Positions 1-8,000 of a stretch of DNA of 19,259 bases are shown piece by piece; positions within the stretch are counted from its first letter, which is position 1, and each line of letters opens with the position of its first letter. Source of the stretch: Candidatus Brocadiia bacterium (GTDB lineage: Bacteria; Planctomycetota; Brocadiia; SM23-32); assembly GCA_046538485.1 (NCBI GenBank), contig JBKHIT010000078.1, forward strand, positions 1 through 19,259, read 5' to 3'. Below the pieces are notes generated by a model, which ran no database searches, was not told where the DNA came from, and saw only the letters and a list, made by a program, of their open reading frames with translations. The position numbers and the translations under genes were made by a program.

Positions 1-25
1 GGTGCTCTATCACGACAATTCACGC

Positions 26-114
26 CGTAGCCCGGGGCGAAATGAGGCCGTTGTTGGGCCGAGGGAGCCCCGGGTTCCCATTGGGAAGCAGCCGAAGGAG
101 GCGGATCGCCTCGC
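26..114 (+). repeat. ~89 bp structured direct repeat, copy 1 (GTAG-footed, REP-like composite)
   Basis: Aligns by eye to 473-562 with 9 mismatches and 1 indel. Begins (c)GTAG. Contains stems cccggggc/gccccggg, ggcc..ggcc, ttccca-t-tgggaa and gaggcg-gat-cgcctc. Confidence 0.9.
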
Positions 115-164
115 AATGACATTATGAGCGAGGATGGCTGATGCAGGGTACGCTGAATGCATAC

Positions 165-464
165 GCCCTGAAAGGGCAGCATATGTCAGCCCGGGGTGCA
201 GACGGCTGAAGGCCGTCGGAGCCCTGGGGTAGAGGTGTGCATTGAGAAAAGAGTGGGCTGAAGGCCCACCACAAAACTCCTGTCTCCTCCGGCACGAGAC
301 AGTTTCCGCAATCCCGGGATGTCGGCGGCACCGGCCCGTGTGGATATCCCGCGCGCCAGCGGCGCCGCTGTGTCGTTCCGCCTTTTATCTTGTGCTTTGC
401 AACGCACCGCTGAAGCGGTGTATCCCTTGAGCGTTGGTGTTGTCGGTAAGCCCGCGGAGCGGGC
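165..464. repeat. Cluster of short GC-rich hairpins (REP/BIME-like mosaic) between the two direct-repeat copies
   Basis: gccc-tgaaa-gggc (165-177), gacggc-tgaag-gccgtc, gtgggc-tgaag-gcccac (253-269, GTGG foot on - strand), tgtctc..gagaca (281-301), perfect palindrome cagcggcgccgctg (357-370), caccgc-tgaa-gcggtg (~405-420), gcccgc-gga-gcgggc (450-464). Confidence 0.7.
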
Positions 465-472
465 GTGGCAGA

Positions 473-562
473 CGTAGCCCGGTGGCGAAATGAGGCCGGT
501 GTTTGGCCGAACGAGCCCCGGGTCCCCATCGGGAGGCAACCAAAGGAGGCGGATCGCCTCGC
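473..562 (+). repeat. ~90 bp structured direct repeat, copy 2
   Basis: About 89% identical to 26-114 by manual alignment. Confidence 0.9.
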
Positions 563-665
563 CGGAGGCGAGCGCGGCAAGCGTCCGTGGGCTCTGCCCA
601 TCGAAAGCTTGCCGCGGCGAACATGGTTCGCGCGATCCGCCGGCACATCCCTCGAACCCGCTAAC

Positions 666-693
666 TTGAAAAAGTCCGGGATTTCTTTATGAT
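666..693 (+). promoter_or_regulatory. Putative sigma70 promoter of the modE-wtpABC operon
   Basis: TTGAAA (666-671), 16 bp spacer, TATGAT (688-693). Lies in an AT-rich patch 45 bp upstream of the modE ATG. Confidence 0.6.
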
Positions 694-695
694 TG

Positions 696-719
696 CGTTA
701 TATCGCATGGGACATAACG
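696..719. promoter_or_regulatory. ModE-binding box (operator)
   Basis: CGTTATAT-cgcatggg-ACATAACG is an inverted repeat matching the ModE consensus (CGTTAT..ATAACG). It lies directly downstream of the -10 and upstream of a ModE gene and an oxyanion transporter. Confidence 0.85.
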
Positions 720-738
720 GTTTCGAAAGGTACCAGAA

Positions 739-1092
739 ATGATCGAGCCACGTTTCAAGCTCTGGATGTCGTCGGAAAATGCCGAAGGAATTTTCGGTGA
801 CGGCAAAGCGGCGATTTTGCGCGAGGTGCAGAAACACGGTTCTCTCCGGGCTGCCGCAGAAGTGATCGGAATGAGCTACCGAAAAGCCTGGGGCGATCTG
901 GAGAAAGCCGAAGAGGCGCTTGGTGTGGTTCTGGTGGAACGCAGTCGCGGAGGCGCCAGCGGGGGAGGTGCAACTCTCACTAAAACGGGTAAACGCTGGC
1001 TGACGGCGTATGAGAGTTTTCGGAAGACGGTCGAAGAAACCGTTGAAGAAGAGTTTCAGCGTCAGTTTGCTATGCTTCTTGAGGCGACTTGA
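739..1092 (+). CDS. modE: ModE-family winged-helix transcriptional regulator, short form without C-terminal TOBE/Mop domains
   Basis: Family motifs FGDGKAAIL, GSLRAAAEVIGMSYRKAWGDL and VERSRGGASGGGATLT. 117 aa. Upstream of the W/Mo ABC transporter. Confidence 0.92.
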   Translation: MIEPRFKLWMSSENAEGIFGDGKAAILREVQKHGSLRAAAEVIGMSYRKAWGDLEKAEEALGVVLVERSRGGASGGGATLTKTGKRWLTAYESFRKTVEETVEEEFQRQFAMLLEAT

Positions 1093-1104
1093 ACAGGGGG
1101 CTCG

Positions 1105-2112
1105 ATGAAATCTGTGCTGAAGACGTTGTTTCTGGGTGTCATCCTCGCGACCGCCATCGTTTTTCAGTCTTGTGGTCAGGAAAACGCTCCGGAGCATACC
1201 CCTGGCGCGGAGGGCGAAGTTGAAGGTAAACTGATTATTTTCCACGCCGGCAGCCTCTCGGTGCCGTTCCGCGAAATTGCGAGAGCATTCCAGAAAAAAT
1301 ACCCCCACGTCAATGTTGTTCGGGAAGCCGACGGAAGTCGCCGGTGTGCCCGGAAAGTGTCCGATCTTGGCCGGGAGTGCGACGTGCTGGTCTCGGCCGA
1401 TTACACGGTTATCGATACGCTGCTCATCCCCGAACATGCCTCCTGGAACATAAAATTCGCCAGCAACGAAATGACTCTGGTTCATCGCGAGAACTCACCC
1501 GGCGCCGACGAATTGACGGCCGAAAATTGGTATGAGATCCTGCTCCGAGACGACGTGGCGTTCGGTCGATCCGACCCCAACGCGGATCCCTGTGGCTATC
1601 GCGCTGTTTTGACGACGAAACTCGCTGAGAAACATTACGGCGAACAGGGGCTGGCGAAGAAGATGCTGGCCAAAGATACACGCTACATCCGGCCCAAAGA
1701 GACCGACCTGCTGGCACTGCTGGAGTCGGAAGAGATCGACTATATTTTCCTCTACCGATCCGTTGCTCAGCAGCACGAACTCCCGCATCTGCTTCTGCCG
1801 GACGAGATCAACCTCAAGAAACCCGAACTGACTTCACTCTACAAATCCGTCAGCGTTGAGCTGTCGGGGAAAGAACCGGGAAGCACGATTGTGAAGAAAG
1901 GCCAGCCGATGGTCTATGGCATGACGATTCCCAAAAACGCCCCGAACCGTCCGGCCGCGCTGGCCTTTGTGGAGTTCCTGCTGCAGGAGGACAGCGGCAT
2001 GGCCATCATGGAGAAAAACGGTCAACCATCCGTGGTCCCGTCTCCCTCGGCGACCTGCGATAAAATTCCCGATCGCCTGAAACAATTTGCAAAAGAACCA
2101 GCCGGTGAATGA
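1105..2112 (+). CDS. wtpA: Tungstate/molybdate ABC transporter substrate-binding lipoprotein, WtpA type
   Basis: Signal peptide with lipobox-like FQSC. WtpA motifs IFHAGSLSVPF, GSRRCARK, SADY, RSDPNADPCGYR, IRPKETDL, DYIFLYRSVA. The Asp and Glu corresponding to the octahedral-coordination ligands appear to be present. Confidence 0.9.
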   Translation: MKSVLKTLFLGVILATAIVFQSCGQENAPEHTPGAEGEVEGKLIIFHAGSLSVPFREIARAFQKKYPHVNVVREADGSRRCARKVSDLGRECDVLVSADYTVIDTLLIPEHASWNIKFASNEMTLVHRENSPGADELTAENWYEILLRDDVAFGRSDPNADPCGYRAVLTTKLAEKHYGEQGLAKKMLAKDTRYIRPKETDLLALLESEEIDYIFLYRSVAQQHELPHLLLPDEINLKKPELTSLYKSVSVELSGKEPGSTIVKKGQPMVYGMTIPKNAPNRPAALAFVEFLLQEDSGMAIMEKNGQPSVVPSPSATCDKIPDRLKQFAKEPAGE

Positions 2113-2938
2113 ATCGTCTCCCAGTTCCATACGTTTCAGTTCGTTCCAGCTCATCGCCATGCTTCTGGGGGGGCTGGTGCTTCTGTTTGTCATCGGTCCC
2201 CTTGCCGGAATGTTTCTCGATACCTCACCGGCCGAACTTGCCCGGACGGCGGGGGAGATGGAGGTCCGCAGAAGCATCTGGCTGACCCTGCTGACGGCCA
2301 TGGGGGCGACGCTGATTTTTGCACTGGCTGCCATCCCTTTTTCCTACTTTCTGGCCCGGCACGATTTCCCTCTCAAACGCCTCGTCATGGGTATCATCGA
2401 CGTGCCCGTGGTGATACCTCACTCCGCGGCGGGGATTGCCATCCTCGGTGTTATCGCACGGGAGAGTCTGATCGGGCGGGCCGGACAGAGCATCTCGGAC
2501 AGTCTGGGATTCGACGGTCGGTTCAGCTTCGTCAACACACCCGTGGCGATCATGCTGGCTATGGCGTTTGTCAGCCTGCCGTTTCTCGTAAATGCCGCCA
2601 GAGATGGATTCGCGGCGGTTCCGGAACGGCTGGAGAAAGCCGCTATGAATCTGGGAGCGTCCCGCACCAGGGCGTTCTTTACGATTTCACTTCCCCTGGC
2701 GTGGCGATCCATCGTCTCGGGTCTGGTCATGATGTGGGCGCGGGGGATGAGCGAATTCGGGGCTGTCATCATCGTGGCTTACCATCCGACGATCACCCCG
2801 GTTTTGATCTACGAACGATTCGGTGAGTTCGGGCTGAAGTACGCTCGACCGGTTGCCGCGCTTTTTATTCTTGTTTGCCTGGCCGTTTTCATTGCCCTGC
2901 GTTTTTTGGCCCCGGGAGATCAACGTGCTGAAAGTTAA
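2105..2938 (+). CDS. wtpB: Tungstate/molybdate ABC transporter permease (WtpB/ModB type)
   Basis: Multiple hydrophobic helices, IIDVPVVIPHSAAG, EAA loop (LEKAAMNLGAS..RAFFTISLPLA), WARGMSEFGA. Start uncertain: GTG at 2105 overlaps the wtpA stop, the ORF track gives TTG 2087. Confidence 0.9.
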   Translation: MNESSPSSIRFSSFQLIAMLLGGLVLLFVIGPLAGMFLDTSPAELARTAGEMEVRRSIWLTLLTAMGATLIFALAAIPFSYFLARHDFPLKRLVMGIIDVPVVIPHSAAGIAILGVIARESLIGRAGQSISDSLGFDGRFSFVNTPVAIMLAMAFVSLPFLVNAARDGFAAVPERLEKAAMNLGASRTRAFFTISLPLAWRSIVSGLVMMWARGMSEFGAVIIVAYHPTITPVLIYERFGEFGLKYARPVAALFILVCLAVFIALRFLAPGDQRAES

Positions 2939-3989
2939 GAATTTGCGGGTCAACCTCGGGGAATTCAATCTCCGGGACATCTCATTTGAGGTGCCGGATG
3001 GCGCTTATTTTGTGCTTCTCGGGGCATCCGGGGCGGGGAAAACCATTTTGCTGGAAACCATGGCCGGGATGTACAGTTCCGCCGGCGGTTCGGTCTGGCT
3101 CGACGATCGCGACATCACCGACGCGCCCATACAGAAACGCGGGCTCGCGCTGGTCTATCAAAATCAGAACCTTTTTCCTCACCTGACCGTCCGACGCAAC
3201 ATCGCTTACGGTTTGAAATGCCGCCGGACAGATCATCGGGATCGTACGGAACGGGTCGGGCGACTCGCCGATCAGGTGGGAGTCAGTGACTTGCTCGAAC
3301 GGCGTCCCGGACAAATCAGCGGGGGGGAGGCGCAGCGGGTGGCTCTGGCCCGTGCTCTGGCGATCGAGCCGCGGTGTCTGTTGCTTGATGAACCGCTTTC
3401 TTCCCTCGATACGCCCGCCCGGAGAGAACTGCGCAGACTGCTGCGTCGGATCAACCGTGATGGCGTGACCGTGATGCACGTCACGCATGATTACGAAGAG
3501 GCTCTGTCGCTTGCGAGCCGGGTGGCGGTGATGGAGGACGGTCGGATTGCGCACACCGGGCGGCCGAAAGACGTGCTTCAGGACCCCGAATCCGAGTTTG
3601 TGGCGCGTTTTGTGGGCATGCGGAATTTTTTCGAGGGCGAGTTAAGACGACCGGAGAGCGGGGAGCCCGGGGTGGCACTTTTCGAGGTCAACGGGTTGAC
3701 TTGCACGGTTTTAACCGACGCAGATCCCGGCCCCGGATTCCTCATAATTCAGAGCGAGGATGTGACCCTTTCCCGCGAGGAACCGGGCGGTAGCACGCGC
3801 AATCGGTTTCGAGGGGAGATAGGGGACGTGGTGCGGGGGCGTTTGGGGTGGGAGATTGTGTTGGAGATCGGCGAAGTGGAGATCACCGCACGCATTACGG
3901 AAGAATCGCGAAGTCGTCTTGAGCTGGAGCCCGGGACGGTTGCCTGGGCGAGTTTCAAAGCGAGCGCCGTTCGTTATCTCCCGTCGTAG
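2925..3989 (+). CDS. wtpC: Tungstate/molybdate ABC transporter ATP-binding subunit with C-terminal TOBE domain (WtpC/ModC type)
   Basis: Walker A GASGAGKT, signature ISGGEAQR, Walker B LLLDEP, H-loop HVTHD, and a C-terminal TOBE-like segment (STRNRFRGEI...ITARITEESRSRLELEPG..VWASFKASAV). Start GTG 2925 with GGGAG RBS, overlapping the wtpB end. Confidence 0.9.
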   Translation: MLKVKNLRVNLGEFNLRDISFEVPDGAYFVLLGASGAGKTILLETMAGMYSSAGGSVWLDDRDITDAPIQKRGLALVYQNQNLFPHLTVRRNIAYGLKCRRTDHRDRTERVGRLADQVGVSDLLERRPGQISGGEAQRVALARALAIEPRCLLLDEPLSSLDTPARRELRRLLRRINRDGVTVMHVTHDYEEALSLASRVAVMEDGRIAHTGRPKDVLQDPESEFVARFVGMRNFFEGELRRPESGEPGVALFEVNGLTCTVLTDADPGPGFLIIQSEDVTLSREEPGGSTRNRFRGEIGDVVRGRLGWEIVLEIGEVEITARITEESRSRLELEPGTVAWASFKASAVRYLPS

Positions 3990-4004
3990 GGTGAAATTGA
4001 AAAT

Positions 4005-4189
4005 ACCGCCCGCGAGTCGCGGTGGACTACATCGAGGGTGCTGCAGGGTATTTAGTAAACGAATTGAGGGTGGCAGCCGTTTCTAGCCGCTGAATCTCTC
4101 TCACCCGCGGCACAAAGCCGCGGGGGTCGAAAGCCACAAACGCATGTAGCACAGGCTCTCCAGCCTGTGGACCGGGTCGTCAGACCCGG
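4005..4189. repeat. REP-like hairpin cluster downstream of wtpC (may also act as terminator or mRNA stabiliser)
   Basis: Minus-strand GTAG-footed palindrome at 4005-4030 (ccgcga-g-tcgcgg..ctac). cccgcggc-acaaa-gccgcggg (4104-4124). Plus-strand GTAG-cacaggct-ctcc-agcctgtg (4146-4169). ccgggtc-gtca-gacccgg (4172-4189). Confidence 0.75.
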
Positions 4190-4210
4190 ATTCGTTGTCG
4201 TTTGCTGCGA

Positions 4211-4317
4211 CACGGAATATGCTCCGTGCCGGACAATCGTAACAGCACCGTTTCATGCATGAACCCCGCCGGCGAAGCCGGCTCTGGAGTGCGGCGATTT
4301 TTCGCCGCTGTGCCGTT
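4211..4317 (+). repeat. 107 bp direct repeat, copy 1, containing a GGAG-footed REP-like palindrome
   Basis: 102/107 identical to 4792-4898 by manual alignment. Contains cacgga..tccgtg, ttcatgcatgaa, gccggc-gaa-gccggc and GGAG-t-gcggcga-tttt-tcgccgc. Confidence 0.92.
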
Positions 4318-4365
4318 TTCCGTAGCCGTAACTGACTTCTGTCCTCTGTCCGTTCCTGCCGTTAC

Positions 4366-4580
4366 CTACCGCCGGGTTCATCCCGGTGGGGGTGTACCTT
4401 TGCACTACCAGGGGTCCACCCCCACCCACGCCACCACCGGCTTCATGCCGGTGGAGCGATGCTTTATGTTCGCAGCAAAGGTACGGCCCCACCCACGCAA
4501 GGTGAGGTGGTAGCCTTTTGGGGGTGGATCGTGGCCTGTAGTGCAGAGGTATGGCCCCACTGGCACAAGGCCAGTGGTAG
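4366..4580. repeat. Four related palindromic units in head-to-head arrangement (two forward, two reverse)
   Basis: Consensus c(t/c)acc-[hairpin]-ggtgggg-N3-tacct(t/c)tgc. Forward copies at 4366-4423 and 4431-4454 (partial). Reverse copies at 4475-4513 and 4520-4580. Confidence 0.8.
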
Positions 4581-4681
4581 CCGTGTCGTATCGTCGTTTT
4601 GCCGTTCCGCCGTTCGTCTTCTTTGCAGTTTCGTAGTTTCTAAACTTCATAGTTTCCCAGCTTCCTCGCCGTCCGTCGTCG

Positions 4682-4748
4682 CTGACCTCTGACCTCTGAC
4701 TTCTGTCCTCTGTCCGTTCCTGTCCTCTGACACGCTGATCTCTGTCCG
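4682..4748 (+). repeat. Degenerate heptamer tandem repeat (CTGACCT/CTGTCCT)n
   Basis: ctgacct ctgacct ctgactt ctgtcct ctgtccgttc ctgtcct ctgacacg ctgatct ctgtccg. A 27 bp sub-copy also occurs at 4332-4358. Confidence 0.85.
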
Positions 4749-4791
4749 TTTACGTTTGCCGTTTTCCGTTGTCCTTCGTCGTTTCTTCCCC

Positions 4792-4898
4792 CACGGAACA
4801 TGTTGCGTGCCGGACAATCGTAACAGCACCGTTTCATGCATGAACCCCGCCGGCGCAGCCGGCTGTGGAGTGCGGCGATTTTTCGCCGCTGTGCCGTT
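4792..4898 (+). repeat. 107 bp direct repeat, copy 2
   Basis: 5 mismatches versus 4211-4317. Confidence 0.92.
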
Positions 4899-4968
4899 GT
4901 TTTTCGCCGTTTTGCCGTTCGTCTGTGCCGTTGCCGTCGCTGAGGCTGAGGTACGACAACAATTAGAT

Positions 4969-4997
4969 TTGAAATCCCCAAGCTATATGGCTACCAT
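4969..4997 (+). promoter_or_regulatory. Putative sigma70 promoter for the helicase-methyltransferase operon
   Basis: TTGAAA (4969-4974), 17 bp spacer, TACCAT (4992-4997). AGGAGG RBS-like sequence at 5066-5071 before ATG 5083. Confidence 0.5.
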
Positions 4998-5082
4998 CAC
5001 TGTCGGTTAAAGCTTGAGGGAAGGACGAATGGCGGAAGAGTCGGGCGATCATATGTTTAGGCCATAGGAGGCAGGAAGCTGT

Positions 5083-8000
5083 ATGCCTCGAATTTTCGAT
5101 AATATTGATCTTTCACTGCTTCCAGCCCTGCAGAACACGCTCGATGTGTCCGAACGGGCTGATTTCTGCGTGGGGTATTTCAATCTCAGGGGATGGAAGT
5201 CCCTGGCCGACTATGTCGATGAATGGTCCGGTGGCGATAGTGCCTGTTGTAGGATTCTGATCGGCATGCAGACCGCGCCCCGGGAACTGGTCAGGCAGGT
5301 CATGCAGCCCGGCGGTGGTGAAAAGGACATCGACAATAACACCGCCAGCAAACTGAAAAAACAACTTGCTGAAGAATTCCGGCAGCAGCTCACCTACGGC
5401 GTGCCCACCAACGAAGACGAAAAAGCCCTCCAGAAACTCGCCCATCAGATCGAAACCGGGCGGGTCAAAGTGAAACTCTTTCTCCGCCACCGCCTTCATG
5501 CTAAGGTGTACGTGCTGTTTCGGAACGACGCTATCAACCCCATCGTCGGGTATCTGGGCAGTAGCAACCTGACGTTCTCGGGGCTTTCCCACCAGGGCGA
5601 ACTCAACGTGGACGTACTGGACAACGATGCCTGCAACAAACTGGCGCAGTGGTTTGAGGATCGATGGAAAGACCGCTGGTGCGTGGATATTTCCGACGAA
5701 CTGATCGATATTCTGCGGGAGAGCTGGGCCCGGGAGGATCTTGTCCCGCCGTACCACATTTACCTCAAAATTGCCTATCACCTGTCCCAGGAGGCCCGAA
5801 CAGGGCTGGACGAATTCCAGATTCCGGCGGATTTCGGAGACCGGCTGTTTGATTTCCAGAAAGCCGCCGTCAAGATCGCCGCCCATCACCTGAACAGACG
5901 CGGAGGCGTCCTCCTCGGCGACGTCACGGGACTTGGTAAGACGCTGATGGCAACGGCTCTGGCACGCATTTTTGAGGATGACTTTGGGTTTTCCACGCTC
6001 ATCCTTTGCCCGAAAAACCTGGTTCCGATGTGGAAGGATTACAGTCGTGAATACCGCATGCACGGCCCCAAAGTCCTCTCCACCAGCCTCGCCATACGTG
6101 ATCTCCCCGACCTGCGTCGCTACCGTCTGGTGATCATCGACGAGAGCCACAATCTGCGTAACCGCGAGGGAAAACGCTACCGGGCCATCCGGGAATACAT
6201 CCGCGAGAACGACAGCAAATGCATCCTTCTGTCGGCCACTCCCTACAATAAATCCTACCTGGACCTCTCAAACCAGCTCCGGCTGTTCATGGATGAGGAG
6301 GAGGACCTGGGCATTCGCCCGGACAACCTTATTCGCGACATCGGTGAGGTTGAATTCATGCGTCGACATCAGTGCCCTGTTCGCTCTCTGGCGGCCTTCG
6401 AACACAGCGAGTTCCCCGACGATTGGCGAGAGCTGATGCGGCTCTTCCTCGTGCGCAGGACCCGGACCTTTGTCAAAGAGAACTACGCGAAGGAAGACCA
6501 GAACGGGCGAAAATATCTGTTGGTCGAGAACGGTGACAGGGCATACTTCCCTGAACGCATCCCCAAAACGGCCGGATTCAAGGCGGACAAAAGTGATCCC
6601 ACGGACACCTACGCACAGTTTTTCTCCGATGAGGTCGTGGATACCGTCAATGACCTATCCCTCCCACGCTACGGTGTAGGCAACTACGTGAAGGAATCGC
6701 CGGAACCATCTCCAAACGATGACGAGAAACGAATCATCTGTAATCTGTCCAAGGCTGGCCCGCGTCTGAAGGGGTTCTGCCGCACCAACCTCTTCAAACG
6801 GCTCGAAAGTTCAGGCTACGCCTTCCTGCAGTCGGTGGCCCGACACATCCTGCGAAACCACGTCTACCTCCATGCGCTGAAAACGGGAAACCCTGTTCCC
6901 ATCGGCACTCAGGACGCCGCGTTCCTCGATCCGGCCCGTTACGACCAGGATCGCGACATAGGTGCCGGCGAGGAGGGCGATGAAGATATGGATGGACAGG
7001 AGTCACAGGATATCCCGCGCACATGGCAGGGTTACGAAGATTTGGCGGAGAGGATTTATGGGCAGTACCGTTCACAACAAAGAAATCGTTTCGATTGGCT
7101 CCGATCCGACCTCTTTACGCGGGAGCTCGCCGATGACCTCCGAGCGGACGCCCGGGCGCTTTTCAGCATCATCGATCAGTATGGGGACTGGGACCCGGAC
7201 AACGATGCCAAGCTCAACAGATTGCACGAGCTTCTGTCCGGAGAACATGGAGGAAGCAAAGTGCTGGTCTTTACCCAGTTCGCTGATACCGTCTCATACC
7301 TTGAGGAAAACCTCCAGGAAAGAGGCCTGAGCAGACTCGCGGGTGTGACAGGTTCATCGGATGATCCCACGAAGCTCGCCTATCGTTTCAGTCCGGAGAG
7401 CAACAACAAGGACATTCCTCCGGAGGAGCAACTGCGAGTCCTGGTGGCTACAGATGTCCTCAGCGAGGGTCAGAACCTGCAGGACTGCAACATCGTCGTC
7501 AACTTCGATCTCCCCTGGGCACTCGTTCGGCTGGTGCAGCGAGCCGGCCGCGTGGACCGTATCGGGCAGGATGCCCCCAGCGTCTGGTGCTACTCCTTCA
7601 TGCCCGCCGACGGGGTCGAGGAGATCATCAATCTCCGTTCCCGAGTTGTGACGAGACTGCACGAAAATGGGGAAGTGCTGGGGGCAGACGAACAGTTTTT
7701 CGAGGGCGAAGGCGAGAGGCAAATTGTGGATCTGTTCCACGAGAAGTCCGGCATCCTGGACGACGATCCCGACTCCGAGGTGGACCTGGCCTCCCGCGCT
7801 TATCAGATCTGGCACAACGCCATCGAGGACGACCCCGCTCTGAAAAAGGAGGTGACGAACCTCCCGGCCGTCGTATACGGCACACGGCCACACCAGCCTA
7901 CCGAGGAGACCCCGGAGGGAGTGCTGGCCTACATGAAAACGGCCCTGGGCACGGATGCACTGAGCTGGGTGGACACCGACGGCAACGTGGTCAGTGAGTC

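Noticed and set aside
122..692. Several overlapping ORFs (122-646 -, 186-539 -, 385-648 -, 465-692 +)
   Set aside because: Arg/Pro/Gly-rich translations with no motifs. They run through repeats and hairpins and are most likely spurious.
4211..4898. Possible CRISPR array or integron attC cassette array
   Set aside because: Only two long copies, irregular spacing, no unique 30-40 bp spacers, no cas or intI gene, and no ORF cassettes between the repeats.
4202..5010. Short ORFs in the repeat region, including two similar + strand peptides (4202-4513 and 4756-5010)
   Set aside because: Their similarity is fully explained by the 107 bp DNA repeat. They are low-complexity and have no RBS or domain evidence.
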